From: Vulcanimicrobiota bacterium
GTDB taxonomy: Bacteria > Vulcanimicrobiota > Vulcanimicrobiia > Vulcanimicrobiales > Vulcanimicrobiaceae
DNA: 64,000 nt
Assembly: GCA_963786105.1 (NCBI GenBank)
Contig: CAWAXX010000012.1
Span: 32,001-96,000, forward strand
Direction of reading: 5' to 3'
The notes beneath the pieces are model-generated. The model was given only the letters and a program-made list of their open reading frames with translations. It was not told the origin of the DNA and ran no database searches. Numbering within the stretch: the stretch's first letter is position 1; each line of letters starts with the position of its first letter. Below, in pieces: positions 30,897-40,724 of this stretch. The position numbers were made by a program, and so were the translations under genes.

Positions 30897-32273
30897 CTAG
30901 ACCCCGTTCTCCTGATTGAGTTTGGCGATCTTTTCCGTCAAATACTGGATGGCGCGCTCGAGTTGCCCGTCTTTTGCCGGCGTGCCGTACTGCGGATGCT
31001 TGTTCTCGACGATGACGACGTCGGGCGTAATACCGAGATGGTTGATGTCGCGATTGCGCGGCGTGAGATAGCGCGCCGTCGTAATCTTGACCGCCGAGCC
31101 GTCCGGCATCGGATAGATCGTTTGCACGACCCCCTTGCCGAAAGTTTTCGTCCCCATGATCGTTCCGACGCCGCTGTCTTGAATCGCGCCCGACGTAATC
31201 TCCGAAGCGGAGGCGGTATATCCGTTCACCAGCACTACTAGCGGCAGCGGGTCGATGGCCGTGTCGTCGGCTTCCAGCGTCGTGATGTTCGATGCACGCG
31301 ATTCGACCGACACGATCGGTCCGCTCGAAATGAACTTCGAACTCACCGCGACGGCTGCCTCGAGGTAGCCGCCCCCGTTGTCGCGCAGGTCGAGCACGAT
31401 CGCGCGCGCGCCCTCTTGCTGCAGGCGGGTGAGAGCGCTGTTGAGCTCGGCGCCGGTTTCGCGTCCGAACACCGTCAACGCGACGTAGCCGATTTTCCCC
31501 GGCAACATTTTCTCGTACACGCTGAGTTGGTGAATCTTCGCGCGCACGATCGTGATCGGCGTCGGCGAAGCTCCGCCGTCGCGAACCAGCGTCAGCGAAA
31601 CGCTGGTGCCTTCCTTGCCTCGCAGCTTGCTGCTGGCTTGCTGCACCGTCAGTCCCTTGGTCGACTTACCGTCGATCGCGGTGATCAAGTCGTCTTGCGC
31701 AACGCCCGCCTTGTCGGCCGGACCGTCGGGAACGACGTTCTCGACGAGAATGTACTTGGTCTGATCGTCGACTTGAATGACGATTCCGGTTCCACCGAAG
31801 TCGCCGCCGTCGAGGTCTTGATTGAGCCCCGCGAACTCTTTCGGTGTGAGGAAGACCGTGTAGCGATCGTCGACCGATCGCATCATGGCGTCGAGGGCGA
31901 TGTAGCTCAACTGGTGCGCGGTGAATTTGGCGTGCGCCTCGCCGGCAGCGACTTCGATCTCTCGATCGATGCTGCGCACGTTGGCGCCGCCCGCATCGCT
32001 GGATTTCAATTCGGGTAGCGAAGCGTTGGGGACGCCGGCGGTCCGCATGGCCGAGAGCAGCTCGGATCGCACGGTCGTGAGGACCGTCTGCGGATCGACC
32101 TTCTTATAGAAATCGGTCGTTAAGTGCTGATAGCCGTTTGCGATTTCGCCGGCGTCGGCCGGCGAAAGGTGGACGGGCGTCGCAGGAGCCGAGAGCGTAC
32201 CTGAGGCGGCCGGCAACGCGACGAGCGTGGTGGCGAAGAACGTTCCAATTAACAGAGCAAAGAAGCGTTTCAT
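30897..32273 (-). CDS. S41A carboxyl-terminal processing protease (PDZ)
   Basis: DLRDNGGG, TASASEI, TFGKGVVQ and TTARYLTP motifs. Confidence 0.93.
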   Translation of the reverse strand: MKRFFALLIGTFFATTLVALPAASGTLSAPATPVHLSPADAGEIANGYQHLTTDFYKKVDPQTVLTTVRSELLSAMRTAGVPNASLPELKSSDAGGANVRSIDREIEVAAGEAHAKFTAHQLSYIALDAMMRSVDDRYTVFLTPKEFAGLNQDLDGGDFGGTGIVIQVDDQTKYILVENVVPDGPADKAGVAQDDLITAIDGKSTKGLTVQQASSKLRGKEGTSVSLTLVRDGGASPTPITIVRAKIHQLSVYEKMLPGKIGYVALTVFGRETGAELNSALTRLQQEGARAIVLDLRDNGGGYLEAAVAVSSKFISSGPIVSVESRASNITTLEADDTAIDPLPLVVLVNGYTASASEITSGAIQDSGVGTIMGTKTFGKGVVQTIYPMPDGSAVKITTARYLTPRNRDINHLGITPDVVIVENKHPQYGTPAKDGQLERAIQYLTEKIAKLNQENGV

Positions 32274-32283
32274 GCTATCCAAA

Positions 32284-33693
32284 TCATTGGGAGAGGGAGC
32301 GTACCCGGGCCTTCGCAGCGGCGAGCTGCTTGTCGGCCGGAGTGTCGATGAGCGATGGATCCGTATCTTGGTTCACCACGATGTCGGGATCGATGCCGCG
32401 GTGTTGGATGTCGCGCCCGAGTGGCGTGACGTATCGAGCGGTCGTGATCTTCAACGCGCCCTGGTCGGGCATCGGATAGATGCTTTGCACCACACCCTTA
32501 CCGAACGTGCGCGTTCCGACCAGCGTCGCCAGATGGTAGTCTTGGAGCGCGCCGGCGGTAATCTCCGAAGCGCTGGCGGTGTATTTGTTCACCAGGATAA
32601 CGAGTGGCTGCAAACCGCCAATCGCCGTGCCGAGGGCCTCCGAGGTGGTGCGTCCGCCGTCGCGACGAATCGTCGACACGATCGTTCCCTGCGGAACGAA
32701 GAGGGACGAGATCTGAACTGCAGTTTCCAAGAGACCGCCGCCGTTGTCGCGCAGGTCGAGGATATAGCCTTTGGCTCCCTTGGCGTGGCCTTCGAGCAAC
32801 GCCTTACGCACTTCGTCACCCGACGTTTCGCCAAAGTCCGCTAACCGGACGTAGTCGATGCCGTCTTCCATCTTGGCGCGAACCGACGGTACGTGAATGG
32901 TCTCGCGGACGATCGTGTACGAGCGCTCTTGCGTTCCGCCCTTAAAGGGATGGGTCGTCAACAGGACGGCCGTTCCCGCCTGGCCGCGGATCATTTGCTC
33001 GACGCGATCGAGCGTAAGCCCGCGCACCGGCTTGCCGCCGACCGTGTCGACGACTTCGCCGGGCTTCATCCCGGCGCGCGCGGCCGGCATTTGTTCGATG
33101 GGCTGCACCACGACCCGGCCGTCTTTTAGTTGATAAATGTAGACGCCGATTCCGCCGAAGTTTCCGCCGCTGAGCGATTCGTGTAGCCCTTGATATTCGC
33201 GCGGCGAGAGATAGACGGTATAGGGGTCTTTCATCGAGGCCATGATGCCGCGCAGCGCCGTCTCGGAGAGATCGCTGCGTCCGGTGGCTCCTAGCTTATC
33301 GGCGTAGTGCTGCTGCGCGTACGAAAGTTGACTGGCGACGAGTTCGGCATCCTGTCCGACGTTGCCGCTCGCGCTTTGATCCGGTAACGTGGCGTTCTCG
33401 ATCTTCTTGGAGTGCAGGTAGCTGCGCAGCGCCGCCTGCTCGCCGACGAGCGGCATTTGCGGGTCGACCGGTTTGTAGTAGCTATCGACGAGCTTGCGCA
33501 GTGCGAGTGCCGCCAGCTGCGGGCTGGCCGCTTCCATAGGGTCGAACAAGTCGCGAACGTCGCCGGTGGTGGCGACGTCGAAACCTTGTTGCTGCGCTAC
33601 CACGGCAGTGCGATGCGCGACGAATATCGCCGCTGCCGCGGCGACGATGACGACGATGAGCGCGGCGAGCAGCGCGCGGATTCGGAGGGTCAT
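32284..33693 (-). CDS. S41A carboxyl-terminal processing protease (PDZ), second paralog
   Basis: DPYT, DLRDNGGG, TASASEI and TFGKGVVQ motifs. Confidence 0.93.
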   Translation of the reverse strand: MTLRIRALLAALIVVIVAAAAAIFVAHRTAVVAQQQGFDVATTGDVRDLFDPMEAASPQLAALALRKLVDSYYKPVDPQMPLVGEQAALRSYLHSKKIENATLPDQSASGNVGQDAELVASQLSYAQQHYADKLGATGRSDLSETALRGIMASMKDPYTVYLSPREYQGLHESLSGGNFGGIGVYIYQLKDGRVVVQPIEQMPAARAGMKPGEVVDTVGGKPVRGLTLDRVEQMIRGQAGTAVLLTTHPFKGGTQERSYTIVRETIHVPSVRAKMEDGIDYVRLADFGETSGDEVRKALLEGHAKGAKGYILDLRDNGGGLLETAVQISSLFVPQGTIVSTIRRDGGRTTSEALGTAIGGLQPLVILVNKYTASASEITAGALQDYHLATLVGTRTFGKGVVQSIYPMPDQGALKITTARYVTPLGRDIQHRGIDPDIVVNQDTDPSLIDTPADKQLAAAKARVRSLSQ

Positions 33694-33758
33694 TTGTCCT
33701 TTACACTACCCGGATTGTCGGGCTAGGGGTTTCTTCCCAGAACGATACTCGATAAGTC

Positions 33759-34958
33759 TTAATGGAGCCGGGGGGCGGGGTCTACGGGTTTTCCATCAAT
33801 TCTTACCTCAAAATGGAGGTGAGGGCCCGTCGATGCGCCGGTCGAGCCCACGGCTCCAATCGCCTGGCCGCGCTTGACGCTCTGACCGTTGGAAACGTAG
33901 ATCGCCGAGAGATGGCCGTAGCCGGTGGAGTACCCACCGCCGTGGTCGATCAAAACGTAATTGCCATAGCCGCCGTACCATTGTGCCATGATAACGTTTC
34001 CGCCGGCCGCCGACGTTACCGTCGTCCCGCTCGGGGCGGCGATGTCGAGGCCTTGATGGAACTCCGGCGACCCACCGAACGGGTTCGACCGCCAGCCGAA
34101 GGGCGAGGTGATGGTGCCGGTCACCGGCCACGAGAAGCTGCCGGGGCCGCCTGGCGCTTCCTCGCCACCGCCACCGGTAATGCCGGCCGCCCGCCGCTGC
34201 GCCGCCAGTTCGCGCTGGCGCTGCTGAATGAGCGACTCGAGCTGGGACTCCTCGGCCGCCGACAAGTCTTCCATTTGGGCCACTTGCGAGGCCACCGTGC
34301 GCCGCTCGGCGCCGGTCAGATTAACGAGGTTACGCCGCTCGGCCGCCAGCGTGCCGAGCTGGTTGCGAGCCTCCATTTGGGCCTCTTGCTCCTGCTGCAG
34401 TTGCAGGCGCGCGCGCTCGAGATTGGCTTCGACGGTCGCCACCAGGCTTTCAGCTCGCTTGCGAGCCCGAACCGCCCGTTGGTTGGCGCCGATGAGGAGG
34501 CGTAAATCTTCCCAGCGTTCGACGAAGTCGCTAAACGAGTGCGCCGAAATGAGGACGTTGACGTAGCTAAGGTCGCCGTTTTCATAAATATCGACCAATC
34601 GCCGGCGCAGCATGTCGTCGTGCAGCTTCAACGATCGTTTGGCGGCATCGAGCTGCACGGTATTCCAGTCGAGCCTGCGTTGCGTAGATGCGGCTTGCGC
34701 ATCCAGTCCGCCGATTCGGTCGTTGACGTTTTGGATTGCCGCGTTGGTTTCGCTGAGCTGGGACTGCAAATCGTTGTATCGCCGAGTGACGGCGTGGAGC
34801 TGCGAACGTTTGACGTGAAGCGTTGCTTGAATCTTAGCGGCTTTTGCCCGCTCGGCCTCGATGCGCTGCTGGATCGTCGGCTGGCTGCCGGCGGCCAAAC
34901 CCGGAAGCAGCACGAACGCCATCGCAAATGCGGCGACCCCGCGGCGTACATCGTTCAA
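33759..34958 (-). CDS. Coiled-coil plus M23 peptidase (EnvC-like murein hydrolase/activator)
   Basis: Long coiled coil, HQGLD, YGHLS and STGPHLHFEVR; lies downstream of ftsEX. Confidence 0.88.
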   Translation of the reverse strand: MNDVRRGVAAFAMAFVLLPGLAAGSQPTIQQRIEAERAKAAKIQATLHVKRSQLHAVTRRYNDLQSQLSETNAAIQNVNDRIGGLDAQAASTQRRLDWNTVQLDAAKRSLKLHDDMLRRRLVDIYENGDLSYVNVLISAHSFSDFVERWEDLRLLIGANQRAVRARKRAESLVATVEANLERARLQLQQEQEAQMEARNQLGTLAAERRNLVNLTGAERRTVASQVAQMEDLSAAEESQLESLIQQRQRELAAQRRAAGITGGGGEEAPGGPGSFSWPVTGTITSPFGWRSNPFGGSPEFHQGLDIAAPSGTTVTSAAGGNVIMAQWYGGYGNYVLIDHGGGYSTGYGHLSAIYVSNGQSVKRGQAIGAVGSTGASTGPHLHFEVRIDGKPVDPAPRLH

Positions 34959-34964
34959 GGGCTG

Positions 34965-35846
34965 CTACGTCCTCAGATGGCGGCCGACCGAGATCCACGA
35001 CGCAACGACGCCTACCGCACCGCCCACGGCAAACAGTTCGGCCACGAGGACGGTGGGACTGAGCGCGTTCGTGTTGAGTTGGACCCAGGGCAGCGCTTCG
35101 AGGAGCCTCGGCCAGAGTGTGGCGCGCGCGATGGCGAGAATGCCGACCGCGAGCAGCGCCCCCGTCAGACCGTCGAGCAGTCCTTCGCAAATGAACGGGA
35201 TACGAATGTACAGATTGGTCGCGCCGACGAGCTGCATGATCGAAATCTCCCGGCGGCGAGCGAACACCGTTAGGCGTATGGTGTTCGAAATGATGATGCC
35301 GGCGACCGCCAGAAAAACGACGATGACGCCGATGCCGACGCGCCTCAGAACGACCCCGAGCTGCAACAGGCGCGCGACGATGGTTTGCCCGTATACGACG
35401 TTCTGGATGCCGTCCAGACGGCGAATGCCGGCGGCTACGGCCGGCACTTGTTCGGGAATGCGAACTTTGACGCGAAACTTATCTGGTAGCGGGTTTTCGG
35501 TCAGCAATGCGGTGTCGATTACGCCTTTGGTACGGTCGCGGAGCTCCGCCAATCCCCGCTTCTTGGGTATGAAGTCGACCGACGCAACCCGCGGATCCGC
35601 CGTCAAGAAATGACGAATCGACTGCACTTGTGCGGGGGTGGTGTCGGCTTTCAAATACGCCGAAATTTCGATCTGATCCAAAAGGTGCGCGCCCATCCCC
35701 GCGAGCGCCGCGCGCACGAACAGGAAGAGCCCCAAGAGAACGATCGTAATGGCGACCGTGCCGATGGCGGTCGCCTGCATGCTGGCGTTGCGCGTGAAGT
35801 TGCGCAACACCTCACCCAGAAAGAATCTGACCCTGCCCCAGTCCAA
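34965..35846 (-). CDS. ftsX: Cell division permease-like protein FtsX
   Basis: NPLP, ISNTIRLTVFARRREISIMQLVGAT and PFICEG motifs. Confidence 0.93.
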   Translation of the reverse strand: MDWGRVRFFLGEVLRNFTRNASMQATAIGTVAITIVLLGLFLFVRAALAGMGAHLLDQIEISAYLKADTTPAQVQSIRHFLTADPRVASVDFIPKKRGLAELRDRTKGVIDTALLTENPLPDKFRVKVRIPEQVPAVAAGIRRLDGIQNVVYGQTIVARLLQLGVVLRRVGIGVIVVFLAVAGIIISNTIRLTVFARRREISIMQLVGATNLYIRIPFICEGLLDGLTGALLAVGILAIARATLWPRLLEALPWVQLNTNALSPTVLVAELFAVGGAVGVVASWISVGRHLRT

Positions 35847-36522
35847 GATAGTAGTAGCCCCGTTCTTCGTCGGTGACGATTCGGCCGTCCTCCAAGCGCA
35901 CGACTCGGCGCCGCATACGGTCGACGACGGCCTGGTTGTGCGTTGCGACGACGACGGTCGTGCCTTTTAGGTTGATGCGGAGCAACAGCTCCATGATTTC
36001 GGAAGTGTTCGATGGATCGAGATTTCCGGTTGGCTCGTCGCACAGTAAAATCTTCGGGTTGTTCACGAGCGCTCGCGCGATCGCACTGCGCTGCTGCTCG
36101 CCACCCGAAAGCTCTCCAGGATACATGCGGCTCTTGTGCGAGAGGCCGACGAGATCGAGTACGCGCGGCACTTGCCGCATGATGTCGCGCGTGTGTGCGC
36201 CGGTGACTTGCATCGCGAAGGCGACGTTCTCCCACACGGTCTTGTCGACGAGCAGCTTGTAGTCTTGAAAGACGACGCCCAGATGCCGTCTTAACGCAGG
36301 CACGCGCGGGCGCCGCAATCGGTCTACGCGAATCCCGTCGAGGATGATTTCGCCCGAGGTCGGTCGCGCTTCGCGATACAACAGGCGAAGCAGACTCGAC
36401 TTCCCCGTGCCCGAATGCCCGACCAGAAACACGAACTCGCCTTTTGCGATTTCGAGGTTCACGTTGTCGAGGGCATGCACGCCGTTCGGGTAGATCAGCG
36501 AAACGTTGCGCAAGGAGATCAT
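35812..36522 (-). CDS. ftsE: Cell division ATP-binding protein FtsE
   Basis: GHSGTGKS, VVFQDYKLL, LSGGEQQR and DEPTGNLD motifs. Confidence 0.95.
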   Translation of the reverse strand: MISLRNVSLIYPNGVHALDNVNLEIAKGEFVFLVGHSGTGKSSLLRLLYREARPTSGEIILDGIRVDRLRRPRVPALRRHLGVVFQDYKLLVDKTVWENVAFAMQVTGAHTRDIMRQVPRVLDLVGLSHKSRMYPGELSGGEQQRSAIARALVNNPKILLCDEPTGNLDPSNTSEIMELLLRINLKGTTVVVATHNQAVVDRMRRRVVRLEDGRIVTDEERGYYYLGLGQGQILSG

Positions 36523-36567
36523 CGCTGCGAAAGGAGTTTTCCGCAGGCTGCGACCTATACCTCTGCC

Positions 36568-37716
36568 ATGAACTTCGATTTGACCGACGAGCAACGGGCG
36601 ATCCAAAGCCTGGCGCGCGAGTTCGCACAGAACGAGGTGAAACCGCGCGCCGAGCAGATGGACCGCGACGAGGCGTTCCCCTACGATCTCGTTGCCAAGA
36701 TGGGTGAATTGGGCTTCATGGGGCTGCCTTTTCCCGAGGAGTACGGGGGCGCCGGCGGCGACACCGTGAGCTACGCGCTGGCCGTCATGGAGATCGCGCG
36801 CGCCGACGCCTCCACGGCGATTACGATGGCCGCGCACGTCTCGCTTGGCGCCACACCGTTCTACCTTTTCGGCACGCAGGAGCAGAAGGAGCGTTACCTG
36901 GTGCCGTTGGCGCAAGGCAAGATGCTTTGGGGTTTCGGGTTGACCGAGCCCAATGCCGGAAGCGACGCGGGAAACGTCTCGACCAAGGCAACGCTGAAGG
37001 ACGGCAAGTGGGTCATCAACGGAACCAAGGCATTCATCACCAACTCCGGGACCGACATCAGCGGCGGCACCACCATCACGGCCGTGACCGGAACCCGCCC
37101 CGACGGCAAACCGGAAATTTCCAACATCATCGTGCCTCAGGGTGCGCCCGGGTTCGTGCGCAGCAAGAAGTATAAGAAGATGGGATGGCGTGCGTCGGAC
37201 ACGCGCGAGCTCTCGTTCGCCGACGCAACCGTTCCGGAGGAAAACTTGCTTGGACCACGAGGCGAGGGGTACCGCCAGTTCCTGACGATTCTCGATGGAG
37301 GGCGGATCTCGGTGGCGGCGCTGTCGATCGGTCTCGCGACCGGCGCGTACGACGAGGCCATCAAATACGCAAAGGAGCGCCACGCGTTCGGCCGGCCGAT
37401 CAGCAAGTTTCAGGCTATCTCGTTCAAGCTCGTCGATATGCTCACCGAAATCGAGCACGCTCGGCTTATGATGCTGCGGGCTGCCTGGGAGAAAGACCAG
37501 GGTCGCGACTACGTGCAATCGGCCTCGTTCGCCAAGCTCTTTGCTGGAGAACTTTCGCACCGCGTCGTCAACGAAGCGCTTCAGGTGCACGGTGGCTACG
37601 GGTTCATGGACGAGTATCCGATTTCGCGAATGTACCGCGATCAGAAGATCAACGAAATCGGCGAAGGAACCAACGAGGTGCAGCGGTTAGTGCTGGCTCG
37701 CCTGATGGGCCTATGA
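36568..37716 (+). CDS. Acyl-CoA dehydrogenase
   Basis: LTEPNAGSD, NGTKAFITN, HGGYG and EGTNEVQR motifs. Confidence 0.95.
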   Translation: MNFDLTDEQRAIQSLAREFAQNEVKPRAEQMDRDEAFPYDLVAKMGELGFMGLPFPEEYGGAGGDTVSYALAVMEIARADASTAITMAAHVSLGATPFYLFGTQEQKERYLVPLAQGKMLWGFGLTEPNAGSDAGNVSTKATLKDGKWVINGTKAFITNSGTDISGGTTITAVTGTRPDGKPEISNIIVPQGAPGFVRSKKYKKMGWRASDTRELSFADATVPEENLLGPRGEGYRQFLTILDGGRISVAALSIGLATGAYDEAIKYAKERHAFGRPISKFQAISFKLVDMLTEIEHARLMMLRAAWEKDQGRDYVQSASFAKLFAGELSHRVVNEALQVHGGYGFMDEYPISRMYRDQKINEIGEGTNEVQRLVLARLMGL

Positions 37717-37726
37717 GAGTCTCATA

Positions 37727-38269
37727 GTGAGCGCGGAGCAGGCTTTTGCCGCCGCTTCGGTCGTCGTCTCGCTCGTCGCGTTAGGCCTATCGTCTTTCCT
37801 TCTTACTCGCCAGAACAAGCAAATCGAGCACGAGCGCAACGCGCTCGCAATTTTGGACGCTATCGCCCGGCTGACGGATCAGAAAATCGTCGAGGCGTTC
37901 GCGCAACTCGACGGAATCGGCGAGCGCTATTCCGACGACGAAACGTTGCGTCGGGATTTCAGCGGTTCGTCCGACGATCGCGCACTCGTGCTGGTCGCAC
38001 AGTACGTGGAAACGGTCGCGTGCTTGACGCGCCGGCGGGTACTCGACGCATCGCTGCTCGTCGACGCGGTCGGCTTCATGCTGCGCTCGCGGTGGGAGAC
38101 GATTCGACCGTTCGTCGCAAGGCTGCGGCGCGTCCGCGACAACGAGTTTCTCTTCGAGAACTTCGAATGGCTCGTGATGTACAGCAGCTGGTGGAGGGAT
38201 ACGCCGCGGCCGCCCAACGACCCCAACTACGATCCAGGGCAGTTCGCCGGCGTGGAGTTCAAAGTTTAA
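37727..38269 (+). CDS. Hypothetical membrane-anchored protein (DUF4760-like)
   Basis: N-terminal TM helix; YVETVA and ENFEWL segments. Confidence 0.55.
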   Translation: MSAEQAFAAASVVVSLVALGLSSFLLTRQNKQIEHERNALAILDAIARLTDQKIVEAFAQLDGIGERYSDDETLRRDFSGSSDDRALVLVAQYVETVACLTRRRVLDASLLVDAVGFMLRSRWETIRPFVARLRRVRDNEFLFENFEWLVMYSSWWRDTPRPPNDPNYDPGQFAGVEFKV

Positions 38270-38292
38270 AGGTTCCCTAAGAGGCCGGCCGG

Positions 38293-38730
38293 CTAGCGTT
38301 TCCGATGGAGGTCCGGGCAGTCGAAGGGTCCGGAGTAAACCGTTTCGCCGTGCTGGTCGCGTCCGATGACGACGACGAGATGCGACGCAAGGGGGGAGCG
38401 GTGACCCTCCGACACGACGAACGCCGAACCGCGCGGCCCCCTGACGGTAAAGGTGACGCGCTCGCGCAGTTCGCCATTCTCCGAGGATGACGAGCCGCCG
38501 GTAAAGCCTTGCTGCGCGATCGGCGTTCCGAGCCATCGGGTCGCGGCCGGGCTCGAGCGCACGGCGGCGATTCCGCAGACGTGCGCGTCGCTGCGGTCCA
38601 TCATGCCCAGGATTGCGAGGGCGAACGCGACGACCGAGGCGACGAACGCAACGAGCACGATCAGCACGGCGATCGCGACCACCCAAATGACGCGCGGGTT
38701 GATGCCCGAAGGTCCGGCGGCAGGTTCCAC
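38293..38730 (-). CDS. Coa1-like membrane protein
   Basis: TM helix followed by LGTPI and VRGPRGSAFV pattern. Confidence 0.55.
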   Translation of the reverse strand: MEPAAGPSGINPRVIWVVAIAVLIVLVAFVASVVAFALAILGMMDRSDAHVCGIAAVRSSPAATRWLGTPIAQQGFTGGSSSSENGELRERVTFTVRGPRGSAFVVSEGHRSPLASHLVVVIGRDQHGETVYSGPFDCPDLHRKR

Positions 38731-38809
38731 GCGACAATCATAGCACTCATGCATTCTTGCGCGACGGCGTGGTATGCTGGGCGTCTAAACCGGAGGAACT
38801 ACCTAGAAG

Positions 38810-39367
38810 ATGAAACGTCGATTCACCAATCCGCTGCTGCTCGCCATCGTGGCGGTCTTCGCCCTGACGGCTCCGGTGGTCGCCGCGCTGTCCACCGGCG
38901 CCAAGGCACCCGACTTCACGCTCCAAGCGACGCAGGGCGGAAACGTCTTTACTTTCAGCCTGGCGGCGGCGTTGGCGAAGGGGCCGGTCGTGCTCTATTT
39001 TTATCCGGCGGCATTTACGACGGGCTGTACGATCGAGGCGCACGACTTTGCCGACGCGATCGATCAATATCACGCAATGGGGGCGACGGTGATCGGCGTT
39101 TCCCACGACCAGCTCGACACGCTTCAAAAGTTCTCCGTGAGCGAATGCCGCAGTAAGTTTGCGGTCGCGGCCGACACGCAGCAAACCGTCGAAAAAGCGT
39201 ACGACGCCGTGCTGGCGCAACATCCGCAATACGCCAATCGGACGTCGTACGTCATCGCGCCCGACGGCACGATCATTTACACGTATACGAACCTGGATCC
39301 GTCGCTGCACGTCCAGAACACGCTCGCCGCGCTCAAGACCTGGTCGTCGACCCACCCAAAAAACTAA
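38810..39367 (+). CDS. Peroxiredoxin (BCP/PrxQ type) with signal peptide
   Basis: YFYPAAFTTGCTIEA and GVSHD motifs. Confidence 0.92.
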   Translation: MKRRFTNPLLLAIVAVFALTAPVVAALSTGAKAPDFTLQATQGGNVFTFSLAAALAKGPVVLYFYPAAFTTGCTIEAHDFADAIDQYHAMGATVIGVSHDQLDTLQKFSVSECRSKFAVAADTQQTVEKAYDAVLAQHPQYANRTSYVIAPDGTIIYTYTNLDPSLHVQNTLAALKTWSSTHPKN

Positions 39368-39537
39368 AGGGGCTCGAGCACGGCGTGCCGGTCGAGTACG
39401 CACGCGTCGTGTACGCCGCGCAGTAGCGGCCGTCGCTTCGACGGTCCATGAACTCATCGTCGGCCGCCCGCCCGCCCGGACGCTCGCGTGCGCCGACGGT
39501 GTTATAGTTTTCTCAGCTGAACTGAGAGGAGAACTTC

Positions 39538-40644
39538 ATGCACCGTTCATCGACGATTTGCTCGGCGCTCGCGCTGGCCCTTGCCGGATGCGGTGGCCAG
39601 CACGCTGCCGGCGGTTTTGCGCCACCACAGCTCTCGGCGACTGGAGTTGCCGCCGATCGAAGCGCCGGCGTTTCGCAGCGACTCCAGCCCGACACGTTTC
39701 CGGTATCGCGGAATTCGATACGGATGCCGGTTCGAATCCGGCCATCGCTTCCGACCCCGCGGGGAACCTGGCGGGGAACGAGTTCATCGCCGGCCGCAAT
39801 CCCAACGGACGTAGCGCTCTTTGGATTCCACGAAACGACGCACGTCTTTACGACGTTTTACTTGCCGCATTCGGACTCGGAGCCGCCGGACGCGCTCGCG
39901 CTTAGCTCGAACGGCGGCGAAATGTGGTTCGCAATTCCCGACGCGAGCACAGTCGGCTACATGAACCTGGGGAGCGAAGAATTCCAGCAGTTCCAGGTTC
40001 CTACGCAGCACGCCGGGATTGAGGGAATCGCCGCCGGCCCCGACCACGCCATGTGGTTTACCGAAGCGGACGCCGGGAAGGTCGGCCGCATCAGCACGAT
40101 CAGTCACCACATCTCCGAATATACGCTGCCTACGCCGAATCATCCGGTTGGCATCACGCTCGGAAGCGACGGCGCACTGTGGTTTGCAAACGGTCATGCA
40201 ATCTCGCGCATCTCGACGAATGGCCACGAGAGCGACTACTCGATCGGCAACAACTATGCGAACGCCGTAACGACCGGCCCCGACGGGGCTATCTGGTTTA
40301 CCGGGCAGTCAGATCACAACGGTGGTTTGCTGGGACGCATCGACTTGTCGACCCACGTGCGAAAAGTCGTCAAGTACGGCGCAGGCGACGGAGGAAACGC
40401 GGGCATCGTAACCCGGGGATCCGACTTATGGGTAACGGCGCAACAAGCGAACACGATAGACCACTATGACCCAGCGTCGAACACGATATATCGGCGGTCC
40501 CTGCCGCACGGCTATACCCGGCCACGGGGCATCGCACTCGGTGCCGATCACCAGTTGTGGTTCACCAACGACGGGCCCAGCGAAAGTGCCACTGGCAAGC
40601 TTTGCCCCACACGGCCGTCGAGCCAGTGCATGACGAGCCCCTAA
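39538..40644 (+). CDS. Vgb-like (virginiamycin B lyase-like) beta-propeller lipoprotein
   Basis: LAGC lipobox; repeated GPDGAxWF units. Confidence 0.8.
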   Translation: MHRSSTICSALALALAGCGGQHAAGGFAPPQLSATGVAADRSAGVSQRLQPDTFPVSRNSIRMPVRIRPSLPTPRGTWRGTSSSPAAIPTDVALFGFHETTHVFTTFYLPHSDSEPPDALALSSNGGEMWFAIPDASTVGYMNLGSEEFQQFQVPTQHAGIEGIAAGPDHAMWFTEADAGKVGRISTISHHISEYTLPTPNHPVGITLGSDGALWFANGHAISRISTNGHESDYSIGNNYANAVTTGPDGAIWFTGQSDHNGGLLGRIDLSTHVRKVVKYGAGDGGNAGIVTRGSDLWVTAQQANTIDHYDPASNTIYRRSLPHGYTRPRGIALGADHQLWFTNDGPSESATGKLCPTRPSSQCMTSP

Positions 40645-40724
40645 CGTTTTGAGGGGACGCCGCGTTTGAATTTTCGCTGAAAACGCGGACGGCACGTCGT
40701 AGGCCTAGCCGGCCACGTCCGGCC

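Noticed and set aside
35812..37590. Long antisense or alternate-frame ORFs (e.g. the 592-aa extension of ftsE, 59751..61229, 27849..29135)
   Set aside because: They are shadow ORFs expected in high-GC DNA opposite well-supported genes, with no recognisable motifs.
39368..39530. Hairpins between the peroxiredoxin and Vgb-like genes as a riboswitch
   Set aside because: Only generic GC-rich stems are present, with no recognisable aptamer consensus.
39538..40644. Antibiotic resistance call for the Vgb-like gene
   Set aside because: It is a lipoprotein beta-propeller, and the repeat similarity alone does not support streptogramin lyase activity.
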